Positions 12,057-22,582 of a stretch of DNA of 36,740 bases are shown in pieces. This stretch comes from Octopus bimaculoides (Eukaryota). The notes beneath the pieces are model-generated. The model saw only the letters and a program-made list of their open reading frames with translations, was not told the DNA's origin and made no database searches. Location of the stretch: positions 182,954,498 to 182,991,237 of the forward strand of contig NC_068982.1 in the NCBI RefSeq assembly GCF_001194135.2. Direction: 5' to 3'. The translations under genes were made by a program, and so were the position numbers. The stretch's first letter is position 1. The number at the start of each line of letters is the position of its first letter.

Positions 12057-12262
12057 TATACTCTTTTACTAGTTTCAGTCATTTGACTGCGGCCATGCTG
12101 GAGCACCGCCTTTAGTCGAGCAAATCGACCCCAGAACTTATTCTTTGTAAGCCCAGTACTTATTCTATCGGTTTCTTTGTGCCGAACCGCTACGTTACGG
12201 GGACATAAACACACCAGCATCGGTTGTCAAGCGATGTTGGGGGGACAAACACAGACACACAA

Positions 12263-12317
<55 letters not shown>

Positions 12318-12477
12318 TACGACGGGTTTCTTTCAGTTTCCGTCTACCAAATCCACTCACAAGGCTTTGGTCGGCCCGAGGCTATAGTAGAAGACACTTG
12401 CCCAAGGTGCCACGCAGTGGGAATGAACCTGGAACCATGTGGTTGGTAAGCAAGCTCCTTACCACACAGCCACTCCT
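12057..12477 (-). mobile_element. SINE family B (tRNA head, CORE-like domain, internal microsatellite, long tail), full length
   Basis: Minus strand: A-box-like TGGCTGTGTGG, B-box-like GGTTCATTCC, then caccttgggcaagtgtctt (resembles the CORE-SINE motif ccttgggcaagt), internal (TA)n/(TG)n at ~12255-12318, tail ending gactgaaactagtaaaagagtat. Confidence 0.92.
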
Positions 12478-12921
12478 ATAAAACAGTTGAACACTAAACT
12501 CAAGGATCACCTCATATTTTTAGTAGATTAGCATATATATAATTTTTTATAAGAAAAAGGTTGACAGTCGATTGTGACTTCGAAGTCTGATTATACAATC
12601 GGTCACCGAAACTAATTTGATTTTGCTTTCATGTCCTTCATGTAGTGGGTTTCTGATGAGATGTTCTTTTGGTGGATAGAGTGATGCATATGAAAATTAG
12701 TCGCGGTGAGAGGTTATAGGCAGGAAAGAGGAGTTAAGTCGATTGGAAGAGAGAGATGGAGAGAGGAAGGAGGAAAGTATATACTTGTAGATATGAGTGA
12801 AGAGGAAGATATAGTGATGACGGGTTGTTTTCTAGTTTAATAAAGGGTGTTTGTTATCATTTCTCTCTGCCTCTTGTTATTTCAACAAACTTTTTAACCA
12901 TATATAAATCCCCTCTCCGTT

Positions 12922-13549
12922 GAGGCGCAATGGCCCAGTGGTTAGGGCAGCGGACTCGCGGTCATAGGATCGCAGTTTCGATTCCCAGACCGGGCGTTGT
13001 GAGTGTTTATTGAGCGAAAACACCTAAAGCTCCACGAGGCTCCGGCAGGGGATGGTGGCGCACCCTGCTGTACTCTTTCAGCACAACTTTCTCTCACTTT
13101 TACTTCCAGTTTCTGTTGTGCCTGTAATTCAAAAGGGTCAGCCTTGTCACACTGTGTCACGCTGAATATCCCCGAGAACTACGTTAAGGGTACACGTGTC
13201 TGTGGAGTGCTCAGCCATTTGCACGTTAATTTCACGAGCAGGCTGTTCCGTTGATCGGATCAACTGGAACNNNNNNNNNNNNNNNNNNNNNNNNNNNNNN
13301 NNNNNNNNNNNNNNNNNNNNNNNNNNNNNNNNNNNNNNNNNNNNNNNNNNNNNNNNNNNNNNNNNNNNNNNNNNNNNNNNNNNNNNNNNNNNNNNNNNNN
13401 NNNNNNNNNNNNNNNNNNNNNNNNNNNNNNNNNNNNNNNNNNNNNNNNNNNNNNNNNNNNNNNNNNNNNNNNNNNNNNNNNNNNNNNNNNNNNNNNNNNN
13501 NNNNNNNNNNNNNNNNNNNNNTAAGCGACGGAGTGCCAACAACAACAAC
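12922..13549 (+). mobile_element. SINE family A, subfamily A1, full length with TSD and an internal gap
   Basis: tRNA-like head (A-box TGGCCCAGTGG, B-box GTTTCGATTCC; similar to tRNA-Thr(CGT)/Arg), tail ending (CAA)n. 13-bp perfect TSD aaatcccctctcc at 12906-12918 and 13550-13562. Confidence 0.93.
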
Positions 13550-13627
13550 AAATCCCCTCTCCACGTCGTTAACATTTATTTTTTCTTTTTCTCTTTGTCT
13601 TCGCCTCTCACCAGAGGTGGCTATCTG

Positions 13628-13852
13628 CAGGGCGGCGAGCTGGCAGAATCGTTAGCACACCGGGTGAAATGCTCAGCGGTATTTCGTCTGCCGTTACGTT
13701 CTGAGTTCAAATTCCGCCAAGATCGACTTTACCTTTCATCCTGTCGGGTTCGATTAAATAAGTACCAGTTACGCACTGGGGTCGATGTAATCGACTTGAC
13801 TTAATCCCTTTGTCTGTCCTTGTTCGTCCCCTCTATGGTCAATAAAGAAATA
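13628..13852 (+). mobile_element. SINE family C, tail type C2, with perfect TSD
   Basis: Head ggcggcgagctggcagaatcgttagc (A-box-like TGGCAGAATCG, B-box-like GAGTTCAAATTCC), tail taatccctttgtctgtcc...aataaagaaata. 15-bp TSD agaggtggctatctg at 13613-13627 and 13853-13867. Confidence 0.93.
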
Positions 13853-13944
13853 AGAGGTGGCTATCTGTTATCTCACTCACAGCGTTCTTAGTCGAAGTGG
13901 CTATCTGCATTTTCACTCACTCCCCCTCTTTCCCTCTCACTCTC

Positions 13945-13985
<41 letters not shown>

Positions 13986-14463
13986 GACACTCTCACTTCA
14001 CATCTCAGTCACTCTAACTCCCCTTCTCTCTAACAAACTAAAGCGTAATGAGTGAACGAACGAACAAACAGAATCGTAATACAGATTCTCATACATATAG
14101 TTGCATGTCTAGAATGCGCATATATACTTAAATACTAAACTGCTGTAAAGTTTTACAAATTCTTACAATTCCATTGATGGCTTGCATGTTTGTATGTTTG
14201 TATGTATTCAAGTATGTATTCGGAATCTTTCTATCTAGCACTGTACGACCCCCAGTCAAACAGTGTTATTACCCTCAAAAGTGTTATTATCCACTCAGTA
14301 TCGCCGTATAATTACTAGATCACTACAGACACGACTAACAACACAATCTACACGTACTCTACATACTCTCCCGTACTGGCCGACGTCACCTTACTCATAG
14401 TGACTGGTTCATTCCACTCTTCACATGGGAGGAGTGTACCATTATTACTAATTCCCTGCAACA

Positions 14464-14532
<69 letters not shown>
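14464..14532. repeat. (AAT)23 array immediately 5' of RLE element 1
   Basis: Perfect array, counted from the sequence. Confidence 0.97.
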
Positions 14533-14533
<1 letters not shown>

Positions 14534-14892
14534 GAACTTCACCATTCAAACTGACAGAAAGANNNNNNNNNNNNNNNNNNNNNNNNNNNNNNNNNNNNNN
14601 NNNNNNNNNNNNNNNNNNNNNNNNNNNNNNNNNNNNNNNNNNNNNNNNNNNNNNNNNNNNNNNNNNNNNNNNNNNNNNNNNNNAAATACTGTCTATGTGA
14701 TCTCAAATTTTAAAGCAAACACATAATTTTCTTATGGTTTCTTAAACATTCACTTGAACAAAACTGTACAAATCCAAATATATGGTACCCTAGGCATAAC
14801 ACCTACATGAACTTCTAATTTGTTGTCTCTTGAGGTCTCTGGGTGAGACTTGGATCCAACTTGTACAAATGCAAAACAAAAGTCAAACATAA
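14532..14892 (+). mobile_element. 5'-truncated R4/Dong-like non-LTR retrotransposon, element 1 (end of endonuclease domain plus 3' UTR)
   Basis: Begins tgg aac ttc acc att caa act gac aga aag = WNFTIQTDRK, the W(D/N)F.IQTD motif just before the PD catalytic motif. After the gap (14563-14683) it reads (K)ILSM* with the stop at 14698-14700, a typical ILRK.L ORF end. A ~190-nt UTR follows and runs into (AAT)20. Confidence 0.7.

Positions 14893-14952
<60 letters not shown>
14893..14952. repeat. (AAT)20 array between the two RLE elements
   Basis: Perfect array, counted from the sequence. Confidence 0.97.
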
Positions 14953-14954
<2 letters not shown>

Positions 14955-17280
14955 GCAACTGGAAGGCCCCGTGACCAGATATAGTTCAATGCTACTGGAT
15001 AAAAAGATTTAGTGAATGTCATGCACGAATAGCTGCGCAACTCAACACCTTGTTAAATGCCGACCAAGTAACACCAGAGTGGTTGACATTGGGTAGGACA
15101 GTATCGTGCCTGAAAAACATCAAAAAAGGCAATACAGTTACAGGCCGATATCCTGTTTGCCACTTATGTGGAAGTAATTGACTGGAATACTCGCCGAGTC
15201 AATGTACGAACATCTAGAAAAAAAGTGCGTCCTGCCACATGAGCAGAAGGGTTGCAAGCGTATGTGCAGAGGTACCAAGGATCAACTACTGATAGGTAAA
15301 ACTGTACTCAGAGACTGCAAGAGGAGGAAAAGTAACTTAGCCGTGTCATGGATCGACTATCGTAAGGCGTACGATATGATCCCACACTCTTGGATAATGG
15401 AATGTATGAACCTATTTCGTATTGCATCGAATGTTGAGCGATTGCTTGGAAAAAGTATGGCGAATTGGAGGACGGACCTGACAGCATACGGAAGAAGTTT
15501 AGGGACAGTAGAAATTAGGAAGGGCATCTTCCAAATGGACTGCCTGTCCCCACTGATCTTTGTACTATGCTTGATACCACTAACACTGATTCTGAGGAAA
15601 GCAAAAACTGAGTATGTATTGAAAAGCCGCGAACAAAAAGTCAGCCATTTGTTATTCATGGATGACCTCAAACTTTATGGTAAAGATGAAGGCCAAGTCA
15701 GTTCCCTCGTTGATACGGTGTATACTTTCAGTGCTGATATCAGAATGGAGTTCGGGCTGAGAAAGTGTAGTGTGTTAGTCTTGAAGAGAGGCAAAATCAA
15801 ATGTATGGACAGGCTAACGATACAGTCGGAGAAGGTTATGAAGCAGATAGAAGAGACGGGCTATAAGTACTTGGGGATTTTGGAAATGGATAAATTGATG
15901 GAGAAAGAAATGACAGAAAATTTTAAGATGTACTTGCGCAGTCTGAGACTGATCCTTAAGTCGAAATTNNNNNNNNNNNNNNNNNNNNNNNNNNNNNNNN
16001 NNNNNNNNNNNNNNNNNNNNNNNNNNNNNNNNNNNNNNNNNNNNNNNNNNNNNNNNNNNNNNNNNNNNNNNNNNNNNNNNNNNNNNNNNNNNNNNNNNNN
16101 NNNNNNNNNNNNNNNNNNNNNNNNNNNNNNNNNNNNNNNNNNNNNNNNNNNNNNNNNNNNNNNNNNNNNNNNNNNNNNNNNNNNNNNNNNNNNNNNNNNN
16201 NNNNNNNNNNNNNNNNNNNNNNNNNNNNNNNNNNNNNNNNNNNNNNNNNNNNNNNNNNNNNNNNNNNNNNNNNNNNNNNNNNNNNNNNNNNNNNNNNNNN
16301 NNNNNNNNNNNNNNNNNNNNNNNNNGCCACAGAACCGCTAATATTAGAAGTAGGAAGGCCAGGCTTGTGTAGGATGAAAGATTGCAAAGATAAAGCACTA
16401 TACAAGAAATTGAAAACCAATGAAATTGAAAATAGGTGGATAAAGTAAAGAATACATGGTCAATTTCATAAGGATGTAGAAGATAAGACAGACAGAGAAA
16501 AAAGATGGCTGTGGATGACTAAAAGTGATTTAAAACCGGAAACGGAGGCTCTAATCTGTGCTTCCCAAGAGCAAGCATTAAGAACAAACTACATAAAATA
16601 TAGAATAGGCAACACATCAGAAAGTGATAAGTGCAGAATCTGTGGACAAAACGGTGAAACTGTATAGCATATTACCAGCCAATGTACGCCACGAGCCCAG
16701 AAGGAATACAAGAGACGCTTCGACAATATAGCCAGGCTTGTCCATTGGGCACTTTGCAACAAATATGGACTTGACAGAGCAAAACGTTGGTACGACCACA
16801 AACCTGAAGGCATTGTCAAAAATAGAAATGCAAAGATTCTATGGGATGATTTTATGATTCAGTACGACCATGAGATTGAGAATAGGAAACTGGACATAGT
16901 CTTAATTGCGAAAGAAAACAAACTATGCTGGATCATAGACATAGCATGCCCAGCTGACAACAAGGTATGCGATAAGGAAGAAAGAAAAGTCGAGTGATAT
17001 GACAGGTTAGCTTGGGAAGTTAAGCAGTTCTAGTCGATGAAAAAGGTAGCAGTAGTACCAATAATTGTCAGAGCCTTGGGAACAGTGAGCAAAAATCTCG
17101 AGATGTACGTGGAACAAATAGGGGCTGCAATAATGGCGGAGCACTTGCAGAAAACAGCACTGCTTGGAACCGCTCGAATACTCCGTAAGGTGCTCGAAAA
17201 ATAAGAGGTGTTACCTTAGTTCACTGGTAGTGAACAGCTGACACTGTAATACATCCCCAGCATTAGAAGTTGTGCAAAGG
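14955..17280 (+). mobile_element. 5'-truncated R4/Dong-clade non-LTR retrotransposon, element 2 (RT, CCHC knuckle, RLE), inactive
   Basis: RT motifs NWKAP*PD, YRPISCLPLMWK*LTG, EQKG...[45 protein letters not shown]. After the gap: LKPETEALICASQEQAL, CRICGQNGETV*HITSQC (CCHC), RKLDIVLI...IIDIACP (PD-(D/E)xK-type nuclease), ending LLGTARILRKVLEK* at 17204. The 76-nt 3' UTR has the hairpin gttcact-ggt-agtgaac (17219-17235). Confidence 0.93.
14957..17204 (+). pseudogene. Disrupted RT-RLE open reading frame of element 2
   Basis: Several in-frame stops and frameshifts (e.g. ~15135). The longest clean stretch is 15178-15968; the track ORF 15178..16341 only reads through Ns beyond that. Confidence 0.9.
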
Positions 17281-17321
17281 CAACAACAACAACAACAACA
17301 ATAATAATAATAATAATAATA

Positions 17322-17361
<40 letters not shown>

Positions 17362-17374
17362 CAATAATAATAAT
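17281..17374. repeat. Compound (CAA)n-(TAA)n-(TGA)n array at the 3' end of element 2
   Basis: Directly visible. Confidence 0.95.
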
Positions 17375-17588
17375 GGTTTCAAATTTTGGCACGAAGTCAG
17401 TAATTTCAAGGAAAGAGCTAAGTCGATTGCATCGACTCCAGTATGCCATTGGTACTTATTTTATCGACTCTGATAGGATGAAAGGCAAAGTCGACCTCGG
17501 CGGAATTTGAACTCAGAACGTAAAGACGAACGAAATGATTCTAAGCATTTTTCCCGGTGTGCAAACAATTCCGCCAGATCGCTGCCTT
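17375..17588 (-). mobile_element. SINE family C (C1a)
   Basis: ggtttcaaattttggcacg...ggtacttattttatcgac...ggatgaaaggcaaagtcgacctcggcggaatttgaactcagaacg...gccagatcgctgcct. Confidence 0.9.
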
Positions 17589-17591
17589 CAA

Positions 17592-17609
17592 TACTACTAC
17601 TACTACTAC

Positions 17610-17640
<31 letters not shown>

Positions 17641-17673
17641 AAGAAGAAGAAGAACAACAACAACAACAACAAT
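17592..17673. repeat. Compound (TAC)n-(AAG)n-(AAC)n array
   Basis: Directly visible. Confidence 0.95.
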
Positions 17674-18957
17674 TGTTATATTTTAGGAGTTTTTTCTTAT
17701 AGATTCTGCAATGCGGACGCACATTTACACTATACCTATAAACACTCATGCATAGATATATAGATATAGGCATATATATCCATATATATCTATATAAATA
17801 TATCCATACATACATGGATACATATATATATATACACATGCATATATACGCATACATATATACAAATATATACATACAAACATACATACATACATACAAT
17901 ACACAAATGCATACATACTTATATACATACATAGATATGCATCAGTATATTTGAACAGTCTTTGTTGATGTTCGACCGACCATTTGGTGAAAGAGGAAAG
18001 GTTGTTGTAAGAATAATTATCTTCAAATCCAGCTGAGAATTTCCACATCATACAGGTGATGTAGATAAAGGATATTTTATCGATTCACTCCAACATTTTA
18101 AACAAGAGCACTTTATTGGCCCCGATAAACTATTGTAATGTGTGTTTAGTTCTCCTGATAAAACGGTAAATTTATCCTGAAATATATACGAAACATGCGG
18201 AAATATACTGTATATAAATACGCACATATATACATATTTGTAGATATCCTTATACACACACAAGTACTAAAACACGCGCGCGTATATGGACATTTGCAGA
18301 TGCATATATATGTATATATATAGAGAAAGAGCGAAGGAGAAGGCGGCAGAGAAGGAGAGATCGAAATTGATAAACATGGGTTACGTATGTATACACGCAG
18401 ATATGGAACTACAAAATAATGGGAAAAGTGGCCATTGCAAAATACACACATAGAGTGCATCTGTGCATATACATCAGTGTTCGTCATGTTTGTATGTATG
18501 TATGTATGTATGTATGTATGTATGAATACTCCAAAAATAAAGAAAACATGAAGATGAGGACAGATGTGGAGAGAGGTACAGTTATACATATGAAGATAAG
18601 ACAACTTAATTCGTTTAAATTGACGTATATTATTAGAAAAATACTGAACAATATGTTCAAAATTTTAACAATATGCTCTAAATTTTTTTGATGTAAAGAA
18701 AAATGATGCAGTGTTACACAGCTTACAAATACCATAAAAGAACAAATAAATGCGTAAACACGTATTTATGCCAGTATATATCATTTATTATGTGAATCAA
18801 ACATGCGATTCGCTTCATCGTTTGGCTTTTTGGAAAGAGGCAGTGGTATCTAGCAGCCAACTATCTGGCGCACACACACACATGTATATATATCTATATG
18901 TAAAATATACATATATATATGTGTGTGTGTGTGTGTAAGTATACATATACACTACAG

Positions 18958-18988
<31 letters not shown>

Positions 18989-19039
18989 CATACATACTTA
19001 TATGTATGTGTGTGTGAATTTTGTGTGTGTGTGTGAACG

Positions 19040-19071
<32 letters not shown>

Positions 19072-19201
19072 TTTTTGCTCTTTTTATTTTTCGGATTCCT
19101 TACCCACCAATAGTAAAAAGAAAAGCCGGTTTCTGGCCAAGAAACAAAAGATCTGTCATAGGAATGTACACGTCAGTGACGTACGCATGCTCATGCGTGT
19201 G

Positions 19202-19202
19202 C

Positions 19203-19265
<63 letters not shown>

Positions 19266-19276
19266 GAGAGAGACAA

Positions 19277-19313
<37 letters not shown>

Positions 19314-19315
19314 TA
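19202..19315. repeat. (AGAT)n/(AGAC)n array
   Basis: Directly visible. Confidence 0.95.
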
Positions 19316-19632
19316 TGATTGCTGGTACACATGCATGTATACTTATATGCTTGCATGTTCATATATGTGTACAAGCATGAACGTCGCTACTTCTATGGAA
19401 TTTTGTGTTCAGACATTAATCGATATATGTCTCCATGTGTGCATGTGCACTTATTATATGCTAATCTCCTGAAATTGTTTACGTAATTTCACAGTGACTT
19501 TAATGCCTAATAGCAGTAGCTTCCTAATTAACCGTCTTCTTTCCAATTTTGTGAAGCCCAGTTTCCCAAGATTGGTATTGCTCCAATAAATGTAGATTTA
19601 AGTCTAAAGCTATATGATATGCCAGTTGAAGT

Positions 19633-20006
19633 GGAGGCGCAATGGTCCAGTAGTTAGGACAGCGGACTCGCGGTCATAGGATCGCGGTTTCGATTCCCAG
19701 ATCGGGCATTGTGAGTGTTTATTGAGCGAAAACACCTAAAGCTCCACGAGGCTCCGGCAGGGGATGGTAGCGAACCTTGCTGTACTCTTTCAGCACAACT
19801 TTCTCTCACTCTTACTTCCTGTTTCTGTTGTGCCTGTAATTCAAAGGGTCAGCCTTGTCACACTGTGTCACGCTGAATATCCCCGAGAACTACGTTAAGG
19901 GTACACCTGTCTGTGGAGTGCTCAGCCACTTGCAAGTTAATTTCACGAGCTGGCTGTTCCGTTGATCGGATCAACTGGAACCCTCGACGTCGTAAGCGAC
20001 GGAGTG
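19633..20006 (+). mobile_element. SINE family A (A1), 3' end at a gap
   Basis: Near-identical to the copy at 12922-13549, through ...gaaccctcgacgtcgtaagcgacggagtg. Confidence 0.93.
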
Positions 20007-20213
20007 NNNNNNNNNNNNNNNNNNNNNNNNNNNNNNNNNNNNNNNNNNNNNNNNNNNNNNNNNNNNNNNNNNNNNNNNNNNNNNNNNNNNNNNNNNNNNN
20101 NNNNNNNNNNNNNNNNNNNNNNNNNNNNNNNNNNNNNNNNNNNNNNNNNNNNNNNNNNNNNNNNNNNNNNNNNNNNNNNNNNNNNNNNNNNNNNNNNNNN
20201 NNNNNNNNNNNNN

Positions 20214-20454
20214 GGTTGACAAGCGATGGTGGGGGGGGGGAGAAACACAGACACACAAACATATACACACACACAAACATATATATATACACATATATAC
20301 GGCGGGCTTCTTTCAGTTTCCGTCTACCAAATCCACTCACAAGGCTTTGGTCGGCCCGAGGAAATAGAAGACACTTGTCCAAGGTGCCACGCAGTGGGAC
20401 TGAACCCGGAACCATGTGGTTCGTAAGCAAGCTACTTACCACATAGCCACTCCT
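20214..20454 (-). mobile_element. SINE family B, head to mid-tail (remainder probably in the gap)
   Basis: Same head, CORE-like segment and internal (CA)/(TA) microsatellite as 12057-12477. Confidence 0.9.
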
Positions 20455-21029
20455 ACGCCTACGCATCCTTTAAATTTCAAAGTATTGCAGGTTTTTATTG
20501 TCCCAGTGCATTTTTAGGTTTCTGCCAACCAACCAATTGAATGATTTTACTAAGATTTGGAGTAAAGGAAGTACATGTGTAGATGAATAATTTTCAGTGG
20601 GTGCAGCTTGCATTGCACTATCCCAACTTATTGGCCCAAGAAGACTTTCGCCGGTGTGACATGAAAATTGACAAAACCAGGAACTTCCTAGGCCTCAGGT
20701 TTTATTTCGGAGATTTCCTTCTCTTAGGTAGATTACCAGCCAAGGTTAAAGAGCTTCTACCTGCCCATGAGGTAAGCTATCTCATTCCAGACACCAAACC
20801 GACACTCAGACACTATAAAGCGATCACCGTTTATTGACTAAAGAATTTAGTCAAATATTGGGACGGAAATAAAGTGAGTTTTCCGTACGCCCAAGGCTCG
20901 AACACACACGTCTTATATTCAATATTCACGTGAAGTGTGGCCACTCACTTCTTCCGATCAGATTTAAGAACTATAATTTCATGGTATTGTTGTTTTAAAA
21001 CGTGCGTTTTCAATGATATATGGAAGATC

Positions 21030-21242
21030 GGTTTCAAATTTTGCCATACGGACAGCAATTTAGGGGAAGGTGTTAATACGATTACATCGACCCCAGTGCT
21101 TAACTGGTACTTGATTTATCGACCCCGAAAGAATGAAAGGCAAAGTCGACCTCGGCGGAATTTGAACTCAGAACGTAGCGGCAGACGAGATACCGTTAAG
21201 CATTTCGCCCGGCGTGCTAACGATTCTGCTAGCTCGCCGCCT
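21030..21242 (-). mobile_element. SINE family C (C1a)
   Basis: ggtttcaaattttgcc...actggtacttgatttatcgaccccgaaagaatgaaaggcaaagtcgacctcggcgg...ctagctcgccgcct. Confidence 0.92.
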
Positions 21243-22582
21243 CCTCTTTAAATAGCAATTATAAGCTTAAAACTTGTAAGCGATCGCCGTGTATTGACTG
21301 AAGAAATATAACAGGTGTNNNNNNNNNNNNNNNNNNNNNNNNNNNNNNNNNNNNNNNNNNNNNNNNNNNNNNNNNNNNNNNNNNNNNNNNNNNNNNNNNN
21401 NNNNNNNNNNNNNNNNNNNNNNNNNNNNNNNNNNNNNNNNNNNNNNNNNNNNNNNNNNNNNNNNNNNNNNNNNNNNNNNNNNNNNNNNNNNNNNNNNNNN
21501 NNNNNNNNNNNNNNNNNNNNNNNNNNNNNNNNNNNNNNNNNNNNNNNNNNTGTGTGTGCGCGCGCGTATTTATATACACACGGAGAGAGAAGAAGAAGAA
21601 GAAGAAGAAGAAGAAGAAGAAGAAGAAGAAGAAGGCTACGGATGATGAGATCCTCAATGCATTATACTCGAAGGCAAAGACAGAACGTTCACAATTCAGG
21701 ACTGAAACCTCTTTGATCATGACTATTCTGTAGTTATGTTGGAAAACAACAACAAATATTTGCTCCACGATTTCCATGAAAAGAGTGAAGTCGATCCGAT
21801 AGTATGATTCTTCGAATTTCCTAAAATTCAGCGCATTCGGATGGAAGCTAGCAACTCATGGTTACGATGTGAACCTCTTAAACAATCGATCATGTCTGTT
21901 CAACACAAAAGCTACTAGCAAATTATCTATTATTGCTGGGTGATGGCACACACCATCGAGCGCTACCTATTGAACGGTAACAAATACACCATTTATATTA
22001 TTTTTAGTTTTTAATCTTACCTACAGACAGCCAACTGAATATTAATCCTCAAAGACAATCAATGGTAGCTAACCGTGCGTAGACACTGGATACATGAATA
22101 AAACAGCAACAACAACAACAAGAACAACAACAACAAGAACGACAACAACAACGACAACGGCCACAAGTACAGCAATAAAAACAACAATCACAACAGCAGT
22201 ATTCGGGTGTTTGATTAGAAAAACATTTATGGAGTGTGAAATGCCAGTTGACTGAAGTCCAAATAAATAGCTTTGTCATAAGAACTATGAAAGAGATTAG
22301 AAGATTTCCATAGAGATGCTCGCAGACACTACTACATTAAAAGACAATGCAAGTTTAGATTAAAGCCAAACTAAATTTATACCACCACTCCTCAGTTTTA
22401 ACATTTTCTTCGCGCAATTGTACTGAGTCACCTCATCATAGCTGTTCATTGAAATAGCTCAATTTACTGAAAGTTGTTTATATGCACGTGTGTGTATCTG
22501 TGAGTGTGTGTGTTTATGTATATGTAAATACATAAACACACACACACACACACACACACACACGCGCGCGCGCGTATATAAA

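Noticed and set aside
12922-12996. tRNA gene (Thr/Arg-like cloverleaf with A and B boxes); likewise at 19633, 23779 and 5480-5556
   Set aside because: Acceptor and anticodon stems do not pair, and each is followed by the same SINE body, with TSDs in two cases. These are SINE heads.
14340-14463. Possible third RLE-element 3' end upstream of the first (AAT)n array
   Set aside because: No clear ILRK.L-type ORF end or UTR similarity could be established by eye.
18056-18133. Possible 78-bp exon (catacag|gtgatgtagat...ctatt|gtaatg)
   Set aside because: Weak pyrimidine tract and donor, no recognisable protein similarity, no partner exons.
19165-19190. Paired CRE-like half-sites acgtca-g-tgacgt near a CCAAT
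   Set aside because: Short motifs expected by chance; no gene or transcription start evidence nearby.
20690-20770. Minus-strand ggtaatctacctaagagaaggaaatctccgaaataaaacct, reminiscent of LINE 5' UTR motifs
   Set aside because: Short, recalled from memory only, and no adjoining coding motifs could be confirmed.
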